A stretch of DNA of 64,000 nt from Nitrospirota bacterium (lineage in GTDB: Bacteria; Nitrospirota; JACRHJ01). The DNA lies in NCBI GenBank assembly GCA_963845245.1, contig CAWJRJ010000018.1, positions 128,001 to 192,000 of the forward strand, in the 5' to 3' direction. This document shows positions 44,618 to 56,069 of the stretch, piece by piece (position 1 is the first letter of the stretch; each line of letters begins with the position of its first letter). Position numbers and translations under genes: made by a program. The notes beneath the pieces are model-generated. The model saw only the letters and a list, made by a program, of their open reading frames with translations. It was not told the DNA's origin and did not search any database.

Positions 44618-45952
44618 TTAATCTATTTCGGTCTTCTCAGTACCGTCTTCGCTCTTGCACCCGGGTACTGAACCGGACGGCTGCTTTGAAAAAGACTTTG
44701 GCGCGGGTTTGTTTCCAGCGGGGCCTGACGGCGGCCTTGTGCCGGACGGCCGAACCTTGGGCTTGTCACTACGGGGCCGTCTGGGCGGCAACGGAGGACG
44801 GGCGAATTCGGTCGGACGGTTCGGGGCGGGTATCGAGTAATCGAAACCCTCCAGAGTCCGCGTCTCAGGCTTTGAACCGAGCAGCTTCTCAATCGTGCGC
44901 ACCATATCGGTATCCTCGGGAGATACAAGGGTGAACGCGTCGCCGGTCTTGGCGGCGCGGCCTGTGCGGCCTATGCGGTGCGTGTATGCGTCGGCGGTAT
45001 CCGGCACGTCGTAGTTTATCACGTGTGAGATCTTCGATACGTCTATCCCGCGCGCGGCTATGTCGGTCGCGACCATCACCTGATACGTGCCGTCGCGGAA
45101 GCCCTCCAGCGCGGCCTGACGCCTGTTCTGGCTGAGGTTCCCCTGCAGTGATGCTGCGGTGAAGCCCGCCTTCTCAAGCTGTTCTCCGACGCGCTTTGCG
45201 CGGTGCTTTGTGCGTGTGAACACCAGTACCGACTCCTTGTCGGTGCGGCGCAGAAGCTCTATCAAGAGTGACGTCTTCAGGTGCGGTGCAACGGGGTAGA
45301 GCGCATGCGAGACCGTCTCAACCGGGGCCGAGATGTCTACCTGCACGACGACCGGGTCCGTAAGGATCTCGTTCGTCAGGCGGCGTATGTCGGACGGCAT
45401 GGTGGCGGAGAACAGCAGCGTCTGGCGTTTGGCCGGGATCTGCTTTACGATCTTTCTTACGTCGGGCAGGAAGCCCATGTCGAACATGCGGTCGGCCTCG
45501 TCCAGCACGAGCACCTCAAGGCGGTTAAGGCGTATGAAGCCCTGGCCTATGTGGTCGAGCAGGCGTCCTGGACATGCGACCACTATCTCGGCGCCCTCGC
45601 GGAGCTTCTGGGCCTGCGGGTTTATGTTTACCCCGCCGTATATCACCATGCTGCGCATCCTGGAGCCTTTGCCCAGCTCGTTGAATGTCTCGTGTATCTG
45701 GTCCGCAAGCTCGCGCGTGGGGGCCACCACCAATGCGCGGACATGGCCGCGCGGGCCGTCCATGAGGCGCTGCAATATCGGCAGGACGAACGCCGCCGTC
45801 TTGCCCGTGCCGGTCTGGGCCAGGCCCATCACGTCGCGTCCTTCGAGCGCATGCGGTATGGTGTCCGTCTGTATGGGTGTTGGGGTCTCATAGCCGTACC
45901 CTGCGACAGTCTTCAGGAGCGCAGGGCAAATCTTCAGTTCTTCGAAAGTCAT
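44618..45952 (-). CDS. DEAD-box RNA helicase (RhlE-like)
   Basis: PTPIQ, AQTGTGKT, PTRELA, DEAD, SAT, ARGID, HRIGRTGRA. Confidence 0.96.
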   Translation of the reverse strand: MTFEELKICPALLKTVAGYGYETPTPIQTDTIPHALEGRDVMGLAQTGTGKTAAFVLPILQRLMDGPRGHVRALVVAPTRELADQIHETFNELGKGSRMRSMVIYGGVNINPQAQKLREGAEIVVACPGRLLDHIGQGFIRLNRLEVLVLDEADRMFDMGFLPDVRKIVKQIPAKRQTLLFSATMPSDIRRLTNEILTDPVVVQVDISAPVETVSHALYPVAPHLKTSLLIELLRRTDKESVLVFTRTKHRAKRVGEQLEKAGFTAASLQGNLSQNRRQAALEGFRDGTYQVMVATDIAARGIDVSKISHVINYDVPDTADAYTHRIGRTGRAAKTGDAFTLVSPEDTDMVRTIEKLLGSKPETRTLEGFDYSIPAPNRPTEFARPPLPPRRPRSDKPKVRPSGTRPPSGPAGNKPAPKSFSKQPSGSVPGCKSEDGTEKTEID

Positions 45953-46264
45953 TTCTTTTCCTCTAGTAAATAGCACGGTATTGACCGGCGCAATGCATCC
46001 GTCAACCAATGCTCTGCATGTTTTTCAGGGGTAGTACTGAATGACAGGGAGGTATGTGACGAATGAAAAAATGGCTGTATAAAAAGCCAGACATCACCAT
46101 TATACACATATCGTCAGAAATTACAAGCACTCATGGCGTGATTTGGCATAATAAAACAATAATAGTATTTAATAGCGGAATATAAAATGTTGATGAAATT
46201 CCCTGTGAGGGTGATATAATCCATAAGTATTAGTATTGTCGTTAATTTTACCAGCAGGAAACAG

Positions 46265-47500
46265 ATGTCAGAAAATCCAACCGGCCCGTACAGAAAATTA
46301 CTGAGCGGGCTTTCTTTAAAGAACGGCAGAAGGTTCCTTTATTTACTTCCTGTCGCTTTACTCCTTGCAGTTACCTTCTATTTCGTGGATTTTGATTTTA
46401 CAGGCCAGTTTGAGGGCATCTTCGTGCTTAGGGGGCACCGTGGTGAACTGGTCGAGATAAAGGACGACCTTTACCTCGGGGACGGCAGGCGGTTATTGTA
46501 TGCGCTGGATTTTGAGAACCCGAAATTCCTGATATCTCGTCTTTTCACCCATCACGACCCGGACAAGGCATATCTCGACTTCGAGTGGGACAACAGGGAC
46601 GGGAGCGGGTTAATCAGGAACATGCTTCCGGGTGGCAGGCAGCTGCTCACCTGTTTCGGCAGGTACAAGGACGAATCGGACAGGTACGCAAAAGGGCTTT
46701 TTGTCGGCGGCGGCTTGCCGAAAAACGTCGAGGATGAAAACTCGTCATTGATGAACGAGACCGGCATGGCATATTATGACGGGAAGCGGTGGTACCACAT
46801 CTGGTGCAACGTAAATGAAGGGATAATCTCATCCGTGACCGGTGATATGGCCTACCCCGGGGACTGGGAGTACGAGGGCGGCAGGATACTCAACCAGAGT
46901 TCACAGAACTTGGCGATAATGTCGTCGCACAAGGTGGTCCTTGACGGTACGCCCCTGCACGTGGACAGGTACGCATATTTCAGGGCAGGGGAGACATACT
47001 TCATCCTCTCCATTTCTATAAAGAATGTCGGTGATAGACCCGTAACATATAATTATGTCTATGGCGACGAGCCCTGGCTCGGCAACTTCGGCTCATCCAA
47101 AGGCAACATCGGATGGATCAAAGACAGGACGGTACTCTTCACCCAGATGGTCAACCCAAAGAAATATGACTATGCGGGGTTTTACGATTACGGAAACAGC
47201 ATTATAAACGAAGGTCATGAATATACAAAGGTCGCCAACTTCCTCCAGTGGCTGGAGAACGGGCCGAAATACATATACTTCGCGAACAGCCCTATAGTCT
47301 ATGAACTGGCAGGGATAATCGACCAGACAGAGATGTTTGTCCCGCTAGAGAGCAATACGCGTTTTATAGGGTTTGAATGGGCGGCCAAAACACTTTCCCC
47401 TGGCGAGTCGGACCACTTCTCGATTGCAGTCGGGATGGCTGGGCATGACCCGAAGACCGATTACCCGGTTAAGCCGGATGTGAGGCGTGACAAACCATAA
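46265..47500 (+). CDS. Hypothetical protein with single N-terminal TM anchor and aromatic, beta-rich extracytoplasmic domain
   Basis: Uninterrupted 411-aa ORF with SD; TM FLYLLPVALLLAVTFYFV. Confidence 0.7.
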   Translation: MSENPTGPYRKLLSGLSLKNGRRFLYLLPVALLLAVTFYFVDFDFTGQFEGIFVLRGHRGELVEIKDDLYLGDGRRLLYALDFENPKFLISRLFTHHDPDKAYLDFEWDNRDGSGLIRNMLPGGRQLLTCFGRYKDESDRYAKGLFVGGGLPKNVEDENSSLMNETGMAYYDGKRWYHIWCNVNEGIISSVTGDMAYPGDWEYEGGRILNQSSQNLAIMSSHKVVLDGTPLHVDRYAYFRAGETYFILSISIKNVGDRPVTYNYVYGDEPWLGNFGSSKGNIGWIKDRTVLFTQMVNPKKYDYAGFYDYGNSIINEGHEYTKVANFLQWLENGPKYIYFANSPIVYELAGIIDQTEMFVPLESNTRFIGFEWAAKTLSPGESDHFSIAVGMAGHDPKTDYPVKPDVRRDKP

Positions 47501-47504
47501 ACAT

Positions 47505-47867
47505 TCATTCCAATTCTCTCAGTTCCTCGTCTGACAGTCCGAAGTAATGCCCTATCTCGTGGATAACGACAGAGCGTACCCGGTCCGCAATATCTTCAGC
47601 ATTTCCGCCTTCCCGAAGTATCGGCCCCATGTAAAGCACGATCCTGTCCGGCAGCACGTTGCCGTAATAGAAGCCGCGCCGGCTTAAAGGCACTCCCTGG
47701 TAGAGTCCCAAAAGCGTGCTGCCGCCCCCGACATGCATCTCCCTCAAGAGGTTGCGGGAAGGCTCGTCCTCAATCACGATGTCGATATTTTCAAGCTTTT
47801 TTGCAAACCGCTCCGGCAGGCGGCCAAGGGCCTCGACGGCAAGCGCCTCGAACTCGTTTTTATCCAT
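47505..47867 (-). CDS. Minimal zincin-like metallopeptidase family protein
   Basis: LLGLYQGVPL, PDRIVLY, HEIGHYFG (HExxH). Confidence 0.9.
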   Translation of the reverse strand: MDKNEFEALAVEALGRLPERFAKKLENIDIVIEDEPSRNLLREMHVGGGSTLLGLYQGVPLSRRGFYYGNVLPDRIVLYMGPILREGGNAEDIADRVRSVVIHEIGHYFGLSDEELRELE

Positions 47868-47980
47868 ACTCAAATCATAATAGCCAAATGATTGCCGGTT
47901 TGTCAATTTCAGAGTGTATTGCCATTTTTAATGGTTTGCAATATGCTTTAAGCAAGACAGACAAAAAAGGAGGCTGGAAT

Positions 47981-48866
47981 ATGATACTTGTTACGGGTGC
48001 ATCCGGCTTTGTCGGAAGCCATCTTATCAAAGGCCTCTCCGAGGCAGGGCATTCCGTCAGGGCGTTCATACGGAGGCCTGATGAGGCTATCAGGGTTCAG
48101 GGGGAGCGCATCGAGACCGCCATCGGAGACGTGGGAGACCCGGAATCCCTTTCCAGAGCCGTCACAGGGCTGCGAGGCCGTCATACACCTTGTAGGCATA
48201 ATCCAGCCCGGCCCCGGCTACAGCTTCAAATCAGTCCATGTGGAAGGGACGAGAAACGTGGTGGAGGCCGCCAAAGCAGCAGGGACGGTGAGACATTTCA
48301 TATACCAGTCCGCCCTTGGTACCGGCCCGGACGCAAAGGGCGGTTACTATGAAACCAAGTATGCAGCCGAAGGGCTTACAAAGGCGTCCGGGATCGAATA
48401 CACGATAACAAGGCCCTCTATCATATTCGGCAAAGGCGACGGTTTCACCGCAAAGATGGTGCAGCTTATAAGGCAGATTCCCGGTAGTGCCGATTGTCGG
48501 AAGCGGCACGGTCAGGCTCCAGCCGGTCTACATTGACGACCTGGTCGAGGTGTTCAAGAAGATAATCCTGAACCCCGCGTTCTACGGTAAGACGCTGGAA
48601 GTCGGCGGGCCGGAGCAGCTTTCGTTCAACGAGATAATGGATGATATAAAAGAAGCGCTTGGGTCGAAGAAACCCACCGTACACGTGCCTCTATGCCTTG
48701 TCAGGCCACGCTGCCGCGGTGATGGAGAGGCTGCTCGCCGCACCCTCCGGTTACAAACGAGCAGCTTGACATGCTTCAAAAGGATAACGTCTGCGATACC
48801 GGCTCGCTTGAAGGGCTGGGGATAACCCCCACACCCTTCAAGGCCGGTTTAAAGAAGTTTCTTTGA
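47981..48866 (+). CDS. NAD-dependent epimerase / NDUFA9-like SDR (several frameshifts)
   Basis: ILVTGASGFVG, VIHLVGI, VHVEGT.NVV, YYETK, RPSIIFG, QPVYIDD. Confidence 0.85.
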
Positions 48867-48871
48867 TCGGT

Positions 48872-51800
48872 TTAATACGAATATGATACGTCGGCAGGGT
48901 CCGTTTGGGCCGGTGCATACATGGTGTCTCCCGGGAACTTTGCGTATGCATTGTGGCTGCCGGCCGTCGTAGTCCAGCTCTTTATCACCACCCCCGGAGT
49001 AAGGGATGTGAGGGAGCCGGTGGTGGCTGTGCCCTTTGAAGAGTAGATCAGCGCCTCCGTTTGTATTCTCGTAAAAAGTGATTTTCCTCCCGCCTATCGG
49101 GGTGGTCCCGTCCGCTTCGGTAAGAGTGGCCCTCAGCGTTACAGTCGGACCGGACTATACCCACATAAGCCAGGCTTAGTTTCGTCGCCTTCTTATAAAT
49201 GAATTTCCACGTCGGGGAATACATGGATGTACCGGTCGGTATGTCGGCGTACACCCTCCAGTAATAAGTCTTGCCCGGTATAAGCACTGATGTATCCAGG
49301 TCGTACGAGGTAGTAGCCGTCGTATAAGGAAACGTCCCGGTCCCGAATTTTGAAGAAGTCGAAACCTGAAGGTGGTAGCCGGTCGCACCGGCGAAAGCCT
49401 GCCATGTGAAGGTGAGCGGGGATGCCGTCACCGTACTTGCGTTTAAGGGCGAGGTCAGCGCAACGTTGCCCATGGTGTATGAGAGTGTTTGGCGTCGACT
49501 GCATGGTCGGGATGCCGCTGGAGGTGGTGAACTTCGCATAGGCCGTGTGGCTGCCTGCGACGGCAGTGAATGTCTTGGTGGCGACACCGTTGGCGTTTGT
49601 AGTGGCAGACCCCTTTGATGAGAAACTGGTGCTGGTAGAAAGCTTGTCATAGAAAGTTATGCTTTTGCCTACGGCCGGCAGTCCATTGTAATACATGGTA
49701 GCGGTCAATGTGACCGTTGACAGGTTCTGTGTATAGCCAAGGGCTGATACCCTGGTTCACGAAGTTCGCAACCACTATCTTGTCCCCGTCCATCTTTAAC
49801 GGCAACGGGTTTGTCGAGCCTGTGGGGGTCCCGTTCACGGTCCAACCTGAGAATGTGAAGCCTGGGTTGGCCGTTGCCAGGATAGAGATGGTTGTATTGT
49901 AATCTTGCGGCCCGTTTGAGTAGTTAGTTGTCCCGCTGCCTCCCGGGCTGACTGATATTGACAAATCCTGCACGCCTGTCTGGGTTACGGTGAACGTAGC
50001 CCCCGCAACTGTGATGGTTCCTGTGCGGAAACTCTTGCCGTCATACGGGTCTACCGTATAGTCGACCGTGCCGTTACCAGTCCCGCTTGAGCCGGATGTT
50101 AATCTTAGCCAGGTATCGTCATTGCTCACCGCTGTCCATGGCACGGATGCCGTGACCGTGATCGACCCGCTTCCACCGTCTTTTCCGTATGATTTGTTTA
50201 AAGGTGAGATTGCGGTTTTCTTTCCGTTCCTTATTGCCAGGGCATAAGGCTGCGGACTCGTGGGTACATTGTCTCCTATGACCGTGACCGTGAATACCCC
50301 GCTGGTAAGTCCTGAAACCGGGATCTCGACAGCCTCCACGTTGTTCAGGTGGTCGAAATTTGCGGGGTTTATACCGGGAATGTTCCCGTGGTAAACGTCA
50401 ACGCCGTTCGGTGCCGTGACTTCAAGGTCCAGGTCGTTCACCAGCTTTGTCGCCGCTGCCAGCGTCGCCGGGGGGTCGGTCCAGACCAGTGTAACGCGCA
50501 CAGGCGCGGCTGTATCTATGACTGAAAAGTAATATGTGTCGATGCCGCTATCTGTCAGCCCTGCATTGTCGTCTACATAATCCAGCGACGAGTCCGGTGT
50601 CACCGAGCGGGCCAGGTTGACGCGCCCGAATCCCTGGTTGTTGTCCGGCCACCCGGTGACGTCGTTATAAGGCGAAGCGTATTGGCCGGTCATGTTGGTG
50701 GCCCCGTTTATGATGGTAGCCTTGATGAGCGCGGCGGACGGGCTGATCAGCTTATCCGTATAGTACTGCCTCACGATCGCGGCCGCACCGGCGGTCAGAG
50801 GGGTCGCCATGCTTGTGCCGCCGTCAAAAGCAAACCAGCTGTCCATGGCTAACGGTAGCCCTATGTCAGACGGATATCCCCAGTAAGTTAGATAACCTTT
50901 TGAGTTTGTCACTGGCGCAATAGTGGATTTTGTGGAGAGAACCCACGTGCCCGGTGCTACCACATCCGGTTTGATCCTGCCATCACCTGTTGGCCCGCGG
51001 CTGCTGAAGGCCACCATGCCTTCCGGGTTGTTAGCCATGAGGTCGGTTTTGAGCGGGTTACTCGAAAACCCGAATACGCCATATGTAGTATAAGGTGAAA
51101 CAGAAATCGAACCCCTTGAGTTTTCTGACGCGCCAACTGCAAGGACGTTCTTCGCCGTGGCCGGAGGGTCTATGGAACCCAGGTCCACTATGCCGTTCCC
51201 GTTTGCGTCCTTACCATCGTTTCCTGCCGCGAAGACGGCCAGGAAGTCTTTGTGGTTCCAGGCGAAAGTATCCGCACCAAGGCTGTTAGAGGTATATTGC
51301 CCTGGCAACGGATGCCCATTAGGGTCTGTTTCGCCCCAACTGTTGCTGTGTACCCTTACACCCTGGTTGTATGGGTCCAGGAAGGGGGCAGCACCTAGTG
51401 TGGTAGAGTCGAGGTAAGGGATGTATAGCCCTCCGCCAGAGGTTAGGGCAGATTGCAACACGATCTGCGCATCGTAGGCCACGCCCTTTACGCTGTAACT
51501 TTGAAGCGGCGGCGGCGCCATCCCGGCGAGCGAACCTGATGTGTGTGTGCCGTGGCCGTCCGGGTCGCTCCAGTCGCCAGTCCTGCCATAGGTGAAGACG
51601 TGCTTTATCTTTGGCTGGCCGTTACTCACGTTCCCGGAAAAAGCCGGATGTATGTCGGAAGTATTGCCCGTGTCGATGCCGGTATCCAGGATGCCTACTA
51701 CCTGGCCCGTGCCGGTTAGTGGTACTGGCAGGCTCCATACCGGGGTGACGTTCATCTGGGTTGGTTGTACGGCGATGTTGTTGTAGAGTACAGGTATGGG

Positions 51801-52418
51801 TTTTTCCTCGATGAACTCGACGGATGGGTATTGAGGTGATGTCCTGGAGCCTTTGCTTCGTCTATTGTTACGTTGAAGTATCTTGCCGTTCAGCTCGTCT
51901 TTGTCCGATATTACCTCGACCTCTCCGCCGAGTGACTGGATGGAGTTTATTATTGGTGACATATCCTCGCCGTCGAAGACCTTGACGACAAACTTCTTGA
52001 CGGCCGTCTGGCCTGTCTGTATATCGGTGGCTATCTTCCTGTCCAGCTTGTCGTCAGGCTGATATTCTCCAAGCCACTTGACGTTCGGGTCTGACTGCAC
52101 TGCGGAAAATGACCTCTGCGGTATCTTGACGATAAATGCGTTGTCAGGGACATAGCCGAGGAACTTTACTCCGAGGGAAGAGATTTTTTTCTTCCATGAT
52201 TCCTCGACGGGGCCATTGAACTGAAGGATGTAAAATCCCTTGGTGGACGCAGGAGGCTGTGCAAATACCGAGGGCTGGACGCCGGTAGCTTCCACTCTGT
52301 TTTTAAGCTTTACGAAATCTCCGAAATCAGTGTCCCTGTGAATAACGGCTGCCCAGGCCACGCTGGCCGGAATGATTATAGTGAGGAGAAAGACCGACAG
52401 AAACTTTTTGTAACTCAT
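48872..52418 (-). CDS. Secreted S8 (subtilisin, KP-43-like) serine protease with PPC-like, BACON-like, InlB-B-like, Ig-like and Fn3-like C-terminal domains (C-terminus frameshifted)
   Basis: Signal peptide; LDTG, HGTH, AAGN, GTSMATP; LVWTD...NDLDL; further domains continue in frames 49193..49708 and 49048..49650 to a TAA at 48872. Confidence 0.88.
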
Positions 52419-52659
52419 TTGTTTTACCTCGGTTAAAGTCTTTCTAATAGTATATCAATTATTTTCGTAAGTTCAACATCATTTAGAGTTAATAGTAATT
52501 AATAAAAATCAATGAAATAAGGTATTTAATTAAAATCCGCATATTCTTTGTGGGCACAGGCGTATTTTAAGGAAATTCAGTAAACATAATACGCCTAAAT
52601 AACTGTTTCTTTAGTTAAAATTATGTGTTAGATTACCGTTAAACAAAGGTATTACGATT

Positions 52660-53424
52660 ATGCCGCCATACTCCTCGGATTCGAAGCTCACCAGTCTGCT
52701 GTCGAAGCATGACGCCATATTCCTTTTGGAACTGGTCCAGGAGAGCCTTGCCTGCACTACGAAAGAAGGGTTGATAGAGCTGGTGAACAGCCTTCAATAC
52801 CTTATCCCGTTCGACCATGCCCTTTGCGGTTTCGCCAAGGTGGACGACAACGGGATGTCCGCTACCTTCGACACTACCAACGTCAGTTACCCCGACAAAT
52901 GGCTGGAACATTACTTTTCGAAAGAATATTTTAAATTCGACCCGGTCGTAAAAGAAAACTTCACAAAGTTCAAAATCCAGTACTGGCAGGATACATATGC
53001 AAACTATGGCACGCCAAAGGAATTCGTATCCGAGGCTGAGGACTTCGGACTCCCGAAAGGCTATACGCATGGGGTAAGGAGCCTGAATGGTGGAAAAGGG
53101 AGCCTTCTCTCGCTTTCCGGGAAACATCTTGAGCGTGAAGAGCGTACAGAGGCGATTATCGAGGTTATATCTCCCCATCTGCACCAGTGCTATTCCCGTA
53201 TCAGCCAGAACGAAGGAATAAAAGCCGCCAGGCTGTCGTCCAGGGAGAAGGAAGTCCTTAAATGGATTGGCGAAGGCAAGAGTACCTGGGATATATCCAA
53301 GATACTCAGCATAAGCGAAAGGACCGTCAAATTCCACGTGAACAACGTCAAGGTGAAGCTTAACGCCGTAAGCAGGTCCCATGCGGTTGCATTGGCAATC
53401 GAAGGAGGTCTCATCGAATTGTAA
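52660..53424 (+). CDS. LuxR-family autoinducer-binding transcriptional regulator
   Basis: YPDKWLEHY...DPV...W...G autoinducer domain; LSSREKEVLKWIGEGKS...ISERTVKFH HTH. Confidence 0.93.
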   Translation: MPPYSSDSKLTSLLSKHDAIFLLELVQESLACTTKEGLIELVNSLQYLIPFDHALCGFAKVDDNGMSATFDTTNVSYPDKWLEHYFSKEYFKFDPVVKENFTKFKIQYWQDTYANYGTPKEFVSEAEDFGLPKGYTHGVRSLNGGKGSLLSLSGKHLEREERTEAIIEVISPHLHQCYSRISQNEGIKAARLSSREKEVLKWIGEGKSTWDISKILSISERTVKFHVNNVKVKLNAVSRSHAVALAIEGGLIEL

Positions 53425-53426
53425 CC

Positions 53427-53446
53427 CCCTGTACCAAAGTACAGTT
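53427..53446 (+). promoter_or_regulatory. lux box upstream of an extended -10 (TGcTAGAAT, 53465..53473)
   Basis: CCCTGTACCAAAGTACAGTT; CTGTAC/GTACAG palindrome; 14/20 matches to ACCTGTAGGATCGTACAGGT. Confidence 0.75.
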
Positions 53447-53498
53447 ACTATTAAAGAAGTATGTTGCTAGAATTGGGGCAGTAATTTGGAGCAGCCCC

Positions 53499-54261
53499 AT
53501 GAAATGTCAAAGCCTCCGTCATAACATGTTCAGCCCGGTTGCAGGGTCTGGTAACGCATCCGCCTCTCTGGTAAATCACAGCGCCGTCTCCCGACAAGAC
53601 TCATCTGCGAATAAAACATACAGCCGCAAGACCGATCACCACAGTTCTTCTATATCTCTGGTCCAACACGTATCACACCGAAAGAGAGACTGATATGGAA
53701 CTGAGCTTGATGTTATCCGGAATGTGCAAGAGCGGCATGAAAATGATCGATGTCGCGAATTACCTTATTGCTACAAAGCCCTTCCACGGCGGTGCCATGA
53801 TATTGGAGAAGACCTACCATGATGTCGGAGGGCTTTTAAGAGAGGTCAGGTTCACCTATTCTCCTGTGATAAGGAATAAGGGCCTTGCACTGGTTTCAAT
53901 GATCGACGACGGCCTCCCGAGTATAAAAATCGACAGGGAATGGATAACGCGTGCCTTGTCCAACCTTATGCAAAACGCCGTTAATTACACGCCCGTCGGC
54001 GGTATGATAAGCCTGAACGCAGCACCCGCCTCTAACAACATGCTTGCGATTCAGGTCTCGGACAGCGGGTGCGGGATCCCCCGGGAGGAGCATGACAAGA
54101 TCTTCCGGAAATATTACAGGTCCGAAGCCGCAAACGGCACGAAGGGCGACGGGGTCGGTCTGGCGATAGTCAACGAAATCGCCTGCGCCCATGGCGGTTA
54201 TGTGGAACTCGAAAGCATTGTAGGAGTCGGCAGCACATTTACCCTGTACCTCCCATTATAG
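53499..54261 (+). CDS. Small cytoplasmic histidine kinase-like protein (HATPase_c, degenerate H-box, no sensor domain); probable frameshift at 53575-53615
   Basis: SNLMQNAVNYT, DSGCGI, IFRKYYR, GDGVGLAIV, GSTF; in-frame upstream HTAARPITTV; SD GGAG before ATG 53499. Confidence 0.75.
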
Positions 54262-54313
54262 CCCGCCACTAAAATTCTCTTGCAATCTTAAAGGGTTGGC
54301 TTTATCCTAACCT

Positions 54314-56069
54314 ATGCGTTTTATCCTTTCAGGCAACCATGCCATAGCCAGGGGTTTCATAGATTCAGGCGGCAAGGTGGTCGCCGCATATCCCGGCACG
54401 CCCAGCACCGAGGTCCTTGAAGCACTCCTGAAATTTAATGGCATCCACGCCGAGTGGTCCACTAACGAGAAGGTTGCGTTCGAGGTCGCCATGGGGGCGT
54501 CGCTTGCCGGGGTGCGCGCCATGGCATGCATGAAGCACGTTGGCGTTAACGTCGCTGCGGACCCGCTTGTCACCTGCTCCTATACCGGGATTAATGGCGG
54601 CCTCATACTCATGGCTGCGGACGACCCGGGCATGTTCAGCTCCCAGAACGAGCAGGACACCAGGCATTATGCAAGGCTAGCCAAGATACCCTGTCTTGAG
54701 CCGTCGGACTCCCAGGAGGCGATGGACTTCGTAAGGCTTGCCTTTACCCTGAGCGAGGATTTTGACACACCCGTAATCCTTCGCACCACTACAAGGATAT
54801 CCCACTGCAAAAGCGTTGTAACAGAAGCTCATCCCGTCATCATACCAGACAAGGGACTTCAAAGGGATTTCGGCAAATATGTCATGCTCCCCGCCAGTGC
54901 GAGGACGGCGGCACGAGATGGTCGAGGAACGCCTTGACCAGCTTAAAGATTGGGCGGAGACCTCGGGCATAAACCAGGTATACGACGGCGACGGAAAGCT
55001 TGGCATCATAACCAACGGCATATCGTACCAGTATGCACGTGAGGCATTCCCCGACGCATCCATACTAAAGCTGGGCATGACCTATCCCCTCCCGGCGGAA
55101 ATGATAAAGGGTTTCGCAAAAGAGGTGAAAAGGCTTGCCGTCGTGGAAGAACTGGACCCCTTCATAGAGGAGCAGGTGAGGGCGCTCGGCATCGAGGTGC
55201 ATTACGGCAAGAACGTCCTGCCCATATGCGGCGAGTATTCGGCGGACATAGTTTTTGAAGCGCTTGGCGGGAAGAAGAAATATAAAAAACCAGTCCATGG
55301 GCTCATCGAACGTCCCCCTGCCTTCTGCCCGGGCTGTTCGCACAGGGGGCTCTTCACCGTCCTTTCCAGGCTCAAGGTGCATGTGTCCGGAGACATCGGC
55401 TGCTACACGCTCGGGGGCCTGCCGCCATTCTCTGCCCTTCACACCTGCACGGACATGGGCGCAAGCATCCCTGTCGCGCACGGCAGTTCCATCGGCCTCA
55501 GTTTGCAAGGAGTAAAAGAGAAACCGGTTGCGGTGATAGGGGACTCCACCTTCCTGCATTCGGGCATCGCAGGCCTCATGAACCTGATATACAACGGCGG
55601 CGAGGCCGTCGTCGTGATAATGAACAACGACACCACTGGCATGACGGGCGGACAGGAACACCCCGGCACCGGCAGGACAGCAGGCGGCAAACCGGCCCCG
55701 AAGGTCGACATCGGAACTCTTTGCACTGCGGCTGGCGCTACCAGAGTAATCAATATAGACGCCTATGACGTAACGGGTCTTACAAAGATTTTCAAAGAAG
55801 AGATGAAGCGCAAGGGCGTCTCCGTGCTCATCTCGAACCAGCCCTGCGTGCTCCGTCACAAGGTTTCAAAAAAGGCATACGAACACGATATCACAAGATG
55901 CAAGGCATGCAAGACGTGCCTTCGCGCCGGTTGCACAGCCCTGCAGTTTATGGGCAAGGGCAAGGAAGGCCATGTCTTCATAGACCCGCTTCTTTGCAAC
56001 GGCTGCGGGATATGCGCGCAGCTTTGCAGCAAGGGCGCGATACAGCCCCCGGAAAGCGGGGCAGTATGA
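54314..56069 (+). CDS. iorA: Indolepyruvate:ferredoxin oxidoreductase alpha subunit (frameshift near 54900)
   Basis: LSGNHAIARG, YPGTPSTE, NEKVAFE, MKHVGVN, SSQNEQD, FCPGC, GDIGCY, GDSTFLHSG, C-terminal 2x[4Fe-4S]. Confidence 0.94.

Noticed and set aside
46075..46090. CTG-N10-CAG (lux/SOS-like box) in the DEAD-box leader
   Set aside because: Only the outer triplets are palindromic and the position does not fit activation; likely chance
53330..53345. Second parS-like sequence AATTCCACGTGAACAA
   Set aside because: Four mismatches, and explained by the conserved KFHV codons of the LuxR HTH
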